Shown here: one piece after another, positions 1-12,600 of the stretch
Position numbering within the stretch: position 1 is the stretch's first letter
How the letters are laid out: the number at the start of each line of letters is the position of its first letter
NCBI GenBank assembly: GCA_965178125.1
Contig: OZ237747.1
Coordinates: forward strand, 1,054,001 to 1,118,000
Length of the DNA stretch: 64,000 nucleotides
Direction of reading: 5' to 3'
Source of the DNA: Bilabrum cf. latius
Lineage: Eukaryota
The notes under the pieces: generated by a model
Told to the model about the DNA's origin: nothing
The model's input: only the letters and a program-made list of their open reading frames with translations
Databases searched by the model: none
Made by a program: the position numbers and the translations under genes

Positions 1-260
1 CTGCCACCTGCTGCACCTGCATTGTGCTGCCGAAGCCTGTGGCCACAGAGGCATCGACTTTCTGAAATGCAATTTACGCAATGCTGATTGCATTCTCTAC
101 ACTTCCAGCGGACTTGCATCGCTGCGAGCCGCTATGCCCTCTGCCTCGCCGACAATGGTTTGGCAGATTTTCCTGGCATGCCCACGGGTCGTCTGGAGCT
201 GGGCGCATATCCAGTTGTAGAATGACTTGTTCGGCCACTAGCCCCACCCGATGCTGCCAT
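1..260 (-). CDS. FAM221-like Cys/His-rich protein, 5' part (runs off the window start)
   Basis: ATG at 260-258 gives MAASGGASGR...RQRA(TAG 134-132)RLAAMQVRWKCRECNQHCVNCISESRCLCGHRLRQH. The W.C...C...SRC.CGH.L..H pattern resembles FAM221A/B. Absent from the ORF track because of the TAG. Confidence 0.5.
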
Positions 261-399
261 ATGGAGGTATTTTGTGCCAGAAGTTCACGCTTGCAACGGA
301 CGTGAAAGGAACGTTCCATGTTCCAACGAAGGTCTATTTTCAACGGCCGCGTGAGAAGCAAAATAGATACTAATTCCACTGTTCAGGTACCAGCATCAT

Positions 400-1881
400 T
401 TACCTCCTTCCACCCGTTGCAGTACCGTCGGCGGCATTGATTTCGGAATGCAGAATGCCAGCTAGCAGCGCAGCCACCTCCCTCGGACGCTCTGCATGCA
501 GCCAGTGCCCCGCTGCAATGGAATGCAGCCTGCAGCTACCCGTGCTAAGAGAATAGGATTCGACAGAAGCTTTGTTCAGCGTAGACACAGCTGATCCACC
601 GCCGTCACCGCCACTATCAGACACCCCGTCCGGAGCACTTGCTCTGGAGCGAGCATGGTCAAGAGACAGCCCTGAAGGGTCCAACGCCCGAGGCAGAGGC
701 GCAGGCGATGCAGGTGAGAGCACGCCTGCGGAACCAGACGGACCATCGCGGCGCCGCGCATCCTGCGCCTCGAGCACGCCCTGCAGCCTTGCGACCACTT
801 TGGGCACTCCCCAGCGAGCCCCCCGAGTGCCGAGCACGAAATCGATCGCGGCGCCGCGCGGGGGGTTCCGCAGCAGGTCCCACGAGTCGATATCAGCCAG
901 GTCATGGTAAGCGTTCAATGCCTCGACTGGATCAAACGTCCACACAAACCCATCACTGCCACCATGGTCGTCAGCATGGTCGCGCCCGCTCAGTGGCACC
1001 CCGCGCTCGTCACACGCTGCTTCCGTCACGTTCGTCGTCATCCACTGAGAGAGCGATTTGCTGAAACCCAGCTGCGAAAAATACTCACCCGCCGCGCGGC
1101 GGCTGGGAAACGGAAGCGGCGCAGCACGCACCGCCTCGAGCACGACCTGCACACCATCCTGGTCCCGCCGAGCCTTATGCGGTGTGACGAGTGGATTTCC
1201 TGTTTGTGTTCCCTATGATTGCGAAGGGTGCGTTCTCCACCTTCCCGGGTACGTGTCCAGCACCACGAGGCGTCGCCGGCGGTGCTTCGCGCTGGTGTTG
1301 CTGCTGGGGCTGCTACTGCTGGTGGCAGTGCTCGGCCCGCCCTGCGAATGCAAAATTACTTTGCCGCCCATGGAGTGCCCGATCACCACGTTGATCGGAG
1401 TGGGGGATAGTGTCGGCAATGATGCTTCGTCCAGTCGAACCGCTGACGGCGGAACAGCCGAGTGTGGTCTGTGAAGAGCCGTCCCCGCTGGCACGTCCAG
1501 AGCATGCAAACCAGTCGTGCCCTCGATCTCAATCTCAGACAACAGGCTATTTAATTTCGCTGCGCACCTTTTTACAGATACTGGACGCACGTCGCTGTGC
1601 AGTGATCCAGCGTGAGATGGTAAATCGACGAGGACCGCTGCCCATCGGTTGGCCTCCCGCTCGCCCACTCTGTCCTTTAAGGCACGAAGTACTAGCCTTG
1701 CCACGGACCGCCAATTCTTGCCTGCACCCATCAGTCCATGCACGACAGCGAAAGCTTTGGTTGGGCTTCTTGCTCCCGGGAGAGCTACAAGCTAATGGGC
1801 CAGGGATGACGCATGCCGCCGCGACACAACGACTTCTTGAGCTTTCAAGCACTTTTTCACAAATCTGCGACTAGATCTCAT
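400..1881 (-). CDS. Alpha/beta hydrolase, ABHD11/YbfF-like, 493 aa with 2 in-frame TAG read as Gln; basic N-terminus could be a mitochondrial presequence
   Basis: Motifs VHGLMGAGKNW, GHSMGGK (nucleophile elbow), LVVLDTYP and AGHWLHAERP. ORFs 1213-1743 and 400-1152 are in one frame, separated only by TAG at 1215-1213. A second TAG lies upstream in LAH*LV. ATG at 1881, TAA stop at 402-400. Confidence 0.85.
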
Positions 1882-2019
1882 GCAGCACACCTGATCCAAC
1901 CAGCTAAACTTTGGCTGTCCGGATTTGGGTGGAACGAACGTTCGAAAGTGGCCGCCGGAAGAGGTTCGTTCCTCGGTGCGGAGTTTATCCGCGGCATCCG
2001 TGTGTACTCAAAGAAGCGC

Positions 2020-5000
2020 ATGTCGAGCCATCGGCAAGAGTCCTTTGCCGATCGATTCGAGATTTTACGTAAAGCCGCACGGTCTGGCCCCGGCCGCCGC
2101 CTGAAGGAGGTGCTGAACAAGATACCCTCATCGTTCATTCGTGTTGCATTTGATCATCCCCCAGCGTCCTATTTGGTAGAAGTTGGCCAGAATGGTGACC
2201 TGTCTGTGCAATCATCAACATCATAGAGCTTGTTCTTGGAACCTTCCGAAACAGCTGCGTCTTTTCGGAGCTTCTCGGTCCGGTACAAAGATGTGGCTAC
2301 GTGGCGGCGCATTTAGGAGCGCACGATGAATCCAATGCAAGCATACTTCCAGGGATTGATACAGTTTGAAGGAGATAGATCACTCGGGATGTATATGCGT
2401 TCGATGGTGGAAAGTGCTAGGTCCACGGGTAAAGCCGACCTGACCGAACGTGCCATCGCCGCACGCCCAGTCGTGGCCGGAGCCAAACGACTAGACGCAC
2501 CCCAGGCCCCGGCATCGTATGCACTGCAAATTGCACCAAGAGAACTGCGAGAGATTCGGCAGCTCCTTGCGGAGCGCGAAGAAGAAGAGACGAAACGCCT
2601 CAGCGCAGAGGCCCGAGCAGAGGAGACGGCCGCCGACCTCAGGAAGCTGCAGGACGTGCAGGCCGAAATATTCGCCGCTGATCTGAACGCAAGGGCGCAG
2701 TAGAGCCACTGGATCTCTCTGGCATTGCTCGCGTGGTTGGCGTGGACGTACACGGGCTGGAGCGCTGCCCTGCTGGGAGGCCCCGTGCGCTGGGCCTCAG
2801 TGACGTGGCAGCTCGGAGCTGCTGTGGTGGCGGGCACAGATCAAAGGGGCTCTGCAGTAGACTGTTCAACCACTAAAATCGCCAACTAGTCCGACCACGG
2901 AGCCTCGGCAGAGGCAGGAACGATTTGGACAACAGGGTCCGCGGACTTGATCCTGTTGTTCCTTGGCTGGTGCGCCGCGTGCGCCCCGCTGCTGCCGCTT
3001 TTCGCCTACTGTGCGGGCTGGTGGGTCTTCGTGAAGGTTCCTTAGAGCAGCTTCAGCCGGAGGTTACGGGTGGCCTTCGCGGCAGGCAGCCTCCTCCTTG
3101 GTTTGCGGTGGGCGAGGCGACACGCCGAGAGTATCACGGACGAGGAGGAGAAAGAGGCGTTCTGGGACGTGAGGCTGAGGGGGTACGCCAGGTTTGCCTA
3201 CGAGCACATCGCCAGGCTGAAGGGGTTCTGGTGCAAGGTGGGGCAATACCTTTCCAGCAGGGCCGATGTGCTGCCCAGGCCATTCGTGCGGGAGCTGGGC
3301 AAGGTGCAGGACTCGATGCCGAGCACTGCATTCAAGGAAATCAAGCGGATCGTGGAGGAGCAGTCGGGTGCCAGTTTGGAGCAGCTCTTCTCTTCCTTTG
3401 AAGAGAAGCCCCTCGCCTCCGCCTCCATCGCACAGGTGCACAAGGCCACCCTCAAGCCAGAAGCCGCCAGGGAGCTCCCGCAGTCTGGTGTACTGCTCAA
3501 GCGGCAGGCAGCGAGAGCGGCACACGCCACGGGCAGCGCCAGCAAAGGAGCCGCGGGCGCCGCGTCCACCTCTCGGCAGCGCGGCCTCGACGTCGTGGTC
3601 AAGGTGCAGCACCCGAACATCGACCGCATCATGCGCGACGATCTATTTAACCTCGATCTCCTCGTGAGAGTAGTGGCCTACTTCGAGCCCGAGTTCGACT
3701 TCCGGCCGGTACTGGACGAGTGGTCTGCAGAGGCGGAGAAGGAGCTGGATTTCTCAAGGGAAGGCAGGATCACTAGGAGGGTGGGGCGGGCGCTGCGGGC
3801 GGCCGGCACCTTCGTGAGGACTCCCGAGGTGCTGGATGTGCTGGCGGCCGTGCGAGGGCTCGGCCTGGGGCACAAACAAGAGGGGAAGCAGACAGCGGGT
3901 GGGAATAAACAGCCTGAAGGGTCGCCGACATCTTCCACCACCGGTGGATTGCTCCCGGGGCAGTGCCCTCCCGTGGAGGGAGGCGCCAGGGCTGGCGTGC
4001 CCTCGCTGCGAGCTGCCGTGCCTCCATCCGGAACCGTACCGGACGTGTACGACGGCGGTGACGCGGATGGCAAGGCGCTCGACGGCGCGAGCGGGGGTGC
4101 CCCCAGCCGGATCTTGATGCTAGAATTTGTGGAAGGGTTCAAGATCACGGACAGGGAGAAGCTGAGGGAGACGGGGGCCGATCCCACGCAGCTGCTGCTC
4201 GGAGTTTGCGAGGCGTTCGGCGTGCAGATGCACCTTCTCGGCCTTTTCAACGGCGACCCGCACCCCGGCAACATTCTGGTAGAGAAGGTAGCAGAGGGCG
4301 AGGAGAACTGGGCCAGAGAAAGCGGCCCCGACGGGGGGCCCGCAGGAGGCAGCGGGCCGAGCTTCGACCAGGACCCTGCCGCGGGGTCTCTGCGCCCTGT
4401 CCTGCTAGACTTTGGACTCGCCAAGCTGCTGCCAGAGAGCTCCAGGATCGCCTTCTGCGAGATGGTGCAGGCGTCCTTCCTGAACGACTTTGCCACGCTC
4501 TACGACGCCTTCGAGAGGATGGGCGTGCAGCTCACGAGGGAGCAGCCCATGGACGACATGGTCGCTGTGAGGTACCTACTGCGCGACGTCGAGCCGCCTG
4601 CCAAAGCAAGGGCCAGGATGCTGAGGCAGAGGAAATGGATGCAGGCGAAGCGGAAGGAGAGGCTGGCGGCCAAGCAGCGCAGGCCGGTCGAGGCGTTCCC
4701 CGGCGACTTGCTCTTCTACCTTCGCACGTCGGAGCTGCTGCACGGGCTGGGGTCGGCACTCGGCGCCGAGCTGCCCTACCTTACGGTCGTGGCTGGGTAC
4801 GGGCGGCTTGCCACGCGCGCGTTCTACGCCGGCACGGACCCGCTCTTCGATGGGAATCGAGGGGATGAGGCTGCCACTGCTTTGGATGCAGACGCGCTGG
4901 ATGGCGGGCTCGTTGGAGGATCTGCTGCGGCTGGTAGGGGCAGCATCTGCGACTCGAACGAAGTCCTGCCGATGCTTGCGGCACCGAGTCGGCATTCTGG

Positions 5001-7509
5001 CTTTGTGGACGATGCCGCCAGCGCTTCGGGTTCGTCGCAGGCTGACGCCGGGCCGGAGTCGACGGTGGTTTAGCTTGCTCGGTCTATCCAGGAAGAGGGC
5101 GGTGCCTGGGCCCCGTCTGCCAGGGCACACCTCGCGGTCGAGGGCCTCCTTGCTGGGGAACAAGCGGAGGTGCGGGCGGGCAGGGCGGCGCAAGATGCCA
5201 AGTCCAAGGCGAAGCAGGGTCCTACGCGAGCGGAAGGCAGGGGATCTCCGCTCCTGCACAAGACACGGACTAGCGCAGGCGGGATGCAGGCAGCGGCTTC
5301 CTCAGCGCAAGCCAGGCAGCCGCACAGATCTCGCCTGACTCACTCTGCGACCGCCGCGGCTGGGTCGATGAGACCGTCTCAGTCTCCCTCCAGCGTGGGC
5401 AGCGCCCCCATCGTGAGGCTGTTCCCCAACAGAAGCGAAGAAGAAGAGGAAGAAAAGGCGGGAGCAGCGGGGTCTCGGTACGGCTACGGCGCGCTTGCCG
5501 CGGCCATGCCGATCCCACCTTCCGTGCGCCGCTTGCGTCCGTTTGTGTCATCCCTGGAGGAGCAGGTGCATCGCATGATGGTGGAGATGGTGCGGGCTGG
5601 AGACGCCGTGGGCATGCAGGTGGCAGTGTACCGGCGGGGCGAGCTGGTGGTGGACGTGGCCGGCGGGGAGCTGGGCATGGACGACCCGAGGCAGGTGCAG
5701 TCCGACACTCTGTTTAACGTGTTTTCTGCCAGCAAGGGCGTGCTTGCTGCTGGCCTGCATGTGCTGCTGGAGGACGCCCATGCAATGAAGAGACAGGAGG
5801 ACGCTATGCTGAGAGGTGGTCACGCGGGCGGAGCTGAAGCTGCTTCTAGTACGCTGGATGCCACACTCACTGAGCTAGGCTACGGTGACAGGATCGGAAA
5901 CGTGTGGCCCAAATTTGCAACGAACGGTAAGGAGGATGCTACGGTGGCAGACGCGTTGACTCACTCCACGGGGCTGGCACACCACCTGCCGAAAGGCGTG
6001 ACCGCAGCGACGATGTGCGATCACAACAAGATGGAGAACTACCTTGCGCACTGCAAACCCATGCACCCTGTGGGCCAGCGGGTGGCGTATCACTACTACA
6101 ACTACGGCTGGATCGTTGGGGGTGTGTTGCGGCGGCTGTATGCAAAGTCACAGCCGGGCCGATTCTTCGACGATCGAGGGCAGCCCAGCGCAGCGGCTCC
6201 CACTGCCGGTGGCATCCTGAAGGAGGTGCTGCTTAGTCGAGTGGGCGGGCATGCTCTCAATGGTGAGCTGCACCTTGGGGTGCCCGAGGAGCTCGTGAGT
6301 GGCAGCGCGCCCCGTCTAGCTCGGCTGTGCGGCGACTTCGGTGTCACCAGCCGGGCGGTGGGCGAGTCGTCCGATGACGCAGCCGGCGGAGCGAAGGCAC
6401 CGGCGGGTGCTGGCGCCGGTGCAGACGATGCAAGCGGGTCTGGTGGCCCAGACAATAATGAGTCAGGTGGGGACATGCCCGCCGCGGGCTTGTTTGGCGG
6501 CAGCGGTGGGGGCGGCTCAGGAGGTGGAGGGCCGCAGGGTGGCATGGGCCGTCTGATGGGCCTGGTGCAGATGGCGTCCAACGTGGGGGACGATGACGAG
6601 GACAAGGAAGGGTACTCGATGGATGGTGGTGAGGACACAGATTCTACCCATGGTGCTGCGGGGTCTACCGGTGGGCAGGGTGGCAAAACAGGGGATGGCC
6701 ACAGTGGCAAGGACGGAGGCGTTCTATCGGCCATTGATGCGGCTGCTGGCAGGCCGCCCCGTCCGGCGCCGGCTGGAGACGCATCCCGGACAGAGATGCT
6801 GGGAATGTTGCGTGCAGTCAAGAGGGTCCGAGGGCGGGAATACCTGATCGACCCGCGGCTCTTCAACCGCGCCCCCCTCCGCCGTGCAGAAATCCCCGCA
6901 GCCAACATGCACTGCAGCGCCCGCGCACTGGCTCGGGTCTACGCGTGTATGCGGCCCATGGACTCGCCTGCAGCTCATGCGCCAGGCAATGGCTCGGGTC
7001 GTGACGGCCAAGCTAATGTGCATAGCAGGCCGCGAGGCTTGCTGTCAGAGGATAGATCCCAGGCGATCAGAACGGTTGCGGGGAGGCAGGAGTCCTCCCA
7101 GCTGCAGAGCTTGTTCGCTCCAGGGGAGGGGCAGGGGGCCGCAGCGAAGGGGGCTGGAAGCGGGGGCAAGTCGTTCCTATACTGGGGCCTGGGCTACCGC
7201 CTGTACCTTCCTTCTGGCGGGGGAAGAGCGGGAGGAGCAGGCGCGGCTGTGGGTGCGAGCGGTTCCAGGGCTTGGTCGGGCAGCGAGGGGTACACGCAAG
7301 GTGGGATGCGAGCTGCATCGTCTCCGCCAGTCGTATCTCCCGCGTTCGGGCACACTGGTGTGGGCGGATCCATCGGGCTGTACGACGCAAGCAGCGATAC
7401 TGCTGTGGCCATCACGGTGAACAAGCTGGACTTCTCAATGCGGCCCACAAGGCACCTGCTCGAGATGCTCGCGTTCGAGATGCGCCTGCCGCACCTGAGG
7501 CTGCACTGA
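2020..7509 (+). CDS. Fusion protein: SCP2-like sterol-carrier domain, hydrophobic/TM segment, ABC1 (UbiB/ADCK) atypical kinase and serine beta-lactamase-like domain; 1829 aa with 6 in-frame TAG
   Basis: One frame from ATG 2020 to TGA 7509 with TAG at 2224, 2314, 2701, 2887, 3043 and 5071, and no TAA/TGA. SCP2-like MNPMQAYFQGLIQFEGD. ABC1 motifs KVGQYLSSRAD, PLASASIAQVHKA, VKVQHP, ELDF, NGDPHPGN, LLDFG. Beta-lactamase motifs FSASKG (SxxK), YYN and GHTG. Confidence 0.88.
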
Positions 7510-7871
7510 TTTGGAACAGTGAAAGTGGCCAAGTTGAGGTCGATATCCAAGATCAAAGCAAGCTTTGAAATGCAACTTGGACCAAGCTGTACATGGGACG
7601 AAATACAAGCGCCGAACTCAATTTATTTAGATCTACTTAAACCTCCAAACCGTGGAACCTAAATAATGAACAACCATAACTCCAATCTTGAGCTCTTTAT
7701 TGGCTCAAATGGCGGATATTTAGGCCTATGGTTAGCATTCCGGACAAGTTCGTTTGATAACGTGCTGTTGTTATAACTCAGACTGGATCCAGATCCGATC
7801 CGGATTGCAGCGTCACCACACATTTACCATTCACTTTCCCGCTCCGAAAACGAACTCATCGCTTGTAAGGC

Positions 7872-8804
7872 ATGGCAAGAGTATCAAACTTTGATTGCTG
7901 CGACCGCTCGTTCTCGTCGGAAGCCGCCATGGAGCAGCACCAGCGCGACACCGGCTGCCAGGATGAGGATGAATTCGAGTGCTGTGGCCGCTCATTCTCG
8001 TCGGAAGCCGCCATGGAGCAGCACCAGCGCGACACCGGCTGCCAGGATGAGGATGAATTCGAGTGCTGTGGCCGCTCATTCTCGTCGGAAGCCGCCATGG
8101 AGCAGCACCAGCGCGACACTGGCTGCCAGGATGAGGATGAATTCGAGTGCTGTGGCCGCTCATTCTCGTCGGAAGCCGCCATGGAGCAGCACCAGCGCGA
8201 CACCGGCTGCCAGGATGAGGATGAATTCGAGTGCTGTGGCCGCTCATTCTCGTCGGAAGCCGCCATGGAGCAGCACCAGCGCGACACCGGCTGCCAGGAT
8301 GAGGATGAATTCGAGTGCTGTGGCCGCTCATTCTCGTCGGAAGCCGCCATGGAGCAGCACCAGCGCGACACCGGCTGCCAGGATGAGGATGAATTCGAGT
8401 GCTGTGGCCGCTCATTCTCGTCGGAAGCCGCCATGGAGCAGCACCAGCGCGACACTGGTTGCAGGCAAGATCCATTCGCTCCATTCAAAGGGGCAGATGG
8501 CGAGATGATCACTCCTGAGGAAGCGCTGACGACAAGCTTGAAGAAGTTCTACGGGGTGTTTAGATGCGCTCCATGCGACCGAGAGTGGCCTAGCGCGTTC
8601 GTCCGACCCATCGACCAGAAGGGACAACAGCGTGCGAGATTTGGGAAGCAGAAATGCAACAAGTGCGAGTAGATGCGCACCGTGGATCGCATCTGGAGGT
8701 GGGATGCACTAGCCGAGCGGGCAGCGGCGGGCAGCACGAGGAGCGGCAAGGAGCACGACCGGGCTAGGTGCGAGCTGTGCCTACGTGGCGACAGGTGTCT
8801 CTGA
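7872..8804 (+). CDS. Protein with 7 C2H2-like zinc-finger repeats and a C-terminal 3CxxC-type (ZAR1/RTP-like) zinc-binding domain; 310 aa, 1 TAG
   Basis: Repeats of CCGRSFSSEAAMEQHQRDTGC, then FYGVFRCAPCDREWPS...QKCNKCE(TAG 8670)MRT...KEHDRARCELCLRGDRCL-TGA. The H...CxxC half of the 3CxxC domain lies after the TAG. Confidence 0.75.
7896..8462 (+). repeat. Near-perfect 84-bp coding tandem repeat, about 7 copies (28-aa unit)
   Basis: Directly visible repeat of tgctgtggccgctcattctcgtcggaagccgccatggagcagcaccagcgcgacaccggctgccaggatgaggatgaattcgag with very few substitutions. Confidence 0.97.
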
Positions 8805-9692
8805 GCGCGGGTCATCACCGGCCCTGAAATTGGACCAAACTTGACCGGGATCATGTTGAGTAGGTGGAAGAGCAGCGACTCCCTTCACTGATGATGATCG
8901 GTGTGGCGCTCAATAGCACCTGACCAGTGCCTGCACAGTTGTGCAGCCAGAGGTCAATATCGCTGGCAACACCACTAACGGGTGCCAATGATAGGCAACA
9001 TAGAGCTTGCAAGCGACCAAGAGTCGGCGGGTGTGCATACGACAATGAGTCGGTGCGTGCGCGTGCGAGCCCACACTGGCACCCCCAACCCTAAATGGTT
9101 GGGCAGTGGGCAGCCACGTGATTCGTGGCTGCCGGTGCCAAGCAACCTCAGCTGAAGCATTCGATATGCCTCTCAGCATCGACAGGTCCAGAGATGGACC
9201 GGTACTAGTAGTACTACTAGTAGTCGCGGTTGCATCACCCGGTGGAAGCGCTTTTGCGCTGTCCCGCCTGGTGTGCCCTCGGAAGCCCCGAGCTATGACT
9301 TGAGGCTTGAGGTGGTTCCCTATTGAAGGGGGCCCATGATTCCATGGGGCGGAGCCCGTGTTAGTGTGCACGGTTTCTATCCCTCGTCAATGCTTTCCTC
9401 ACCCCAATACTGGTGTGAGCAGGCAGCCGACCGGGATACTCGATCAGAGATGATACTTCTAGTCGCATGCATTGCATCAACGACATGCATACTCCCACAC
9501 ATAGTGATCCAACGCAGAAACCGGCGTGGTAGTAGGTTATGACTTGCTATATAGGCCTAGTGCGTTGCGTTTAGCCATCCCGAGTCCGGACCGGTCCTCG
9601 CATGTTCCGCAACATTAGCGCGGCGCCTACTCGCTGCCGTTTGCAAAAGGAAATTTAAATAGCCAGCAAACAGACATTCTAAGCCCTTTCAA

Positions 9693-12600
9693 ATGTCAGA
9701 AGTACCTAAGCGATATAAACCACTCGCAAGCATACCGTCGAATCGGGTGCGCATGCCTGGAAGTAAGATAGGCGAGACCCAGGACACGATGCTGTCATTC
9801 ACCGAGCAAGCCAAGAGAGCCCTGAAGGCGGCTGGCATTGGACCAGCTCGGAGGCGATATCATTCTGTTTCAAATTAGCCATAGTAGGGCACATCAAAAG
9901 CGAGAAGTACGGTCGCATTGCCAGCGGGGAGAGGCAATCGCTCTGAATCAGCGAGAAGCAAGCACAGGCACCCCCGACGGAAGGTCTCCAGGAATCATCG
10001 TGCCCACGCTGTTGTAGTGCTGAGATCAGGCGTGCCTATAGAGGCGCATAGCGCGCGGAACTCTTCGAGACGTGCAAAGCGATCCTCGCAAGCCGCGCAA
10101 CTGCTGGCATCGGAGCAAATCGGAGCCCCTGCTGACTACCTTGGAGCCAATCATCGAAGCCCGCTTGAAGCAGCCAGACAGCTTGCAAGAGAAGCCGTTG
10201 CCCGCAGGCCTGCCCCTCTTTTTGAGCCCGCCAAGCGCGCAAGCGAGCAAGAACCTGCCAGAGAGCAGCCAAGCCTGCGAGCCTCCCTATCGCGACTGGC
10301 AGCCAAGCAGGTCACAAGGAAGCAGCCATCAGGAAGCGTTCAACCCGATCAAGCCGTACTTCCCTCAGTTGGACAGTCTCCAATTGAGACTTTCGGTGTT
10401 CCTCGCGCCACTGCTGGCCCGCCAGCCACGAGCAGCCCAAGCACCGGCCACCTCTGGAAGGAGGGCAGAGAAGCAGACCGCGTCGATGGCATTGGTACGC
10501 ACGGGCCCTCGGGCGCCGGGGCAATAAGTGAAGATGATGATGATGCCGAACTCAGCGTGAGCGTGTCGTCATCCGAGGCTGGCAGCGAACTGTCGCCAGG
10601 GAGACCCGGCGCACAGCCTAACTCAGGCTCAACCCCCCCGCGTAGTGAAGGCTAGCATGAGGCCACCGGGCTGGGCCTGCCAACGAATCCGGCCACGGGT
10701 TCGGTGCACTAGCTCTAGTAGCATGGTGCAAGCAAGACAAGGGCAGAGCAAGGAATGGATCAGGGCTTGGATGCTGGACATCAGCCTGGGCTTGCTAATC
10801 CGGCCGAATCGTTGTTTGAACGTGGTGGTGCGAATAGAAGCAGCGAAATGATGGATCCATTGAAGGCAGAAGGAGGCAGCGCTGCTGGCGGAAAGGACCC
10901 TTTGAAGCCGCCAGAGCTGCCCAATCGCGCACTGGCTGCCAGCCAAGCATCCAGCACCGAACCGTCGCTCAGGGCAAGCGGCACAGCAGATGCAGCTGGG
11001 AACGAAGCTATATGGCATGGCCAGCGTGCTCCAGCTGTCCATCCACTGGCAATCTCTGACAAGACATAGGCGGACACTGTCAGCGACTCGCCCGCACCCG
11101 CATCATGCCAAGTGCTGCCAGCTGCGCCCCCAGCCGAGCCTGGCACCGGCCGCGCAACCACTGCACGAGACAAGGTCGATGAGGGTCACGGAGAGGAGGA
11201 AGGCGAAGGCAGGGACGTGATGGCCGAGGCGATCCGATCTGTGAGCTAGCAAGCCGCTGCAACTGAAGGACCTGCCTGTGATAGTCATCGGATGGCGGGT
11301 AAATCCGGCGGTGTTGGTGGCAAGCAAGGTGGCGGCGATGACGGCAGGGGGCATGTTGCAGCCCGATTGCTCAACTCCAGGAGCCAGCGGATGGCTGCCA
11401 CAATGAGAGACGATCTGAGGCGATTCGCAAAGCTGCTTGCGGCAGGAAGCGGTGCGAGGCGGAGCTAGAGCTAGGCCAACCGAAGTGGAAGCAGGGAGGC
11501 TGGTGGCGCTAGCAGTGACGGCAGCTCATCACAAGCTGCAGCAGCAGCTAAGGGCAGGCCTCTCGTGTGCACTGAAGGACGAGGGAGAGACGGTCTGGAG
11601 GGTGCTCCTGTCGGTGGCACTGAGTCAGGGTCGGAGGATGACGAGGAAACGATGGACAGCAGCTGGTGCAGAGCTAGCATCTTGGAACAGGCCAGGAAAG
11701 ATGAAGCACAAGAGGAATCGACAGGTCGTGATGGATCACCCCCATAGTCAGGCAAGCCAGCCAACCCGACAGCATCCTCTGCGCCGGGATCGCTTTCATC
11801 GACAAGGTTGAAGCAGCTGGTGCGAGACGCCATGGCGAGCAGCAGCGGCAACACAGGAGGCGGGCAGCCAGTTGGGGCAGCACCAGGCTACGATGCATAG
11901 CAGGCTCGACTGGTACGAGTGGGCTCGTTGAAGCGGATGGTGATGGGCGCGACAGCCGCGCCCCACTCTAGAGCCAGCTCCTCGTAGACCTCCAAGCCGA
12001 AGAGTCAGGGAGCATGGACCGCTAGCGGCGAGATGCCAGAAGCGGCCGCTAGTGCGTGGCTCGAACGGGGCCGGCGGGCCATGAGCGAACACCCTGCCAG
12101 GACCAGACTACAGGGTGCTCGTCACACCAGCAGTAGCGACAGGTCCGTTCCAGTACGCGCACCCGCTCTCGATAGCATCTCTACAGGTGCAAGTTCACGT
12201 GTCGATGTAGCGCCTGCATCCGGTGACCTTGCAGCGTCAGACCCGCAGCCAGCGGACCTTAGCCTGGATCGGAGCGACGCGATGACGGTGCGATCCACCC
12301 GCTCCACTTCAACCTCTTGTTCCCTGGTGAGTCCCGGTGTCGGCTCTCTGAAGAGGCTTCCAAAGCTAGTGCGGCAGCTGGGCCTTAGCCCGGGCCGGCG
12401 AAAGCGGTCGGGTGATGGGCCGGCCAGGAGGCAGGTGCCATCGCCTCCCTCATGCACGACTGCGAGCGATTCTAGTCGATTGTAGGCCCCCCTAGACAGC
12501 ACAAGGCCATCGAGGTCGAGCACAGGCAGCCTCTCTGCAGCACGCTCTGGTGTGGCGGCAGCAGCAGCGGTTGGTGATGCTGCAACAGATGCGTCGATTC

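Noticed and set aside
7896-8462. CRISPR-like array
   Set aside because: Units are contiguous and identical with no unique spacers. The length is a multiple of 3 and it encodes zinc-finger-like repeats. The same applies to 36894-37259.
8850-9550. Minus-strand ORF 8910-9371 and similar short ORFs at 21933-22304 and 26466-26893
   Set aside because: No recognisable motifs or codon bias, so they cannot be supported as genes.
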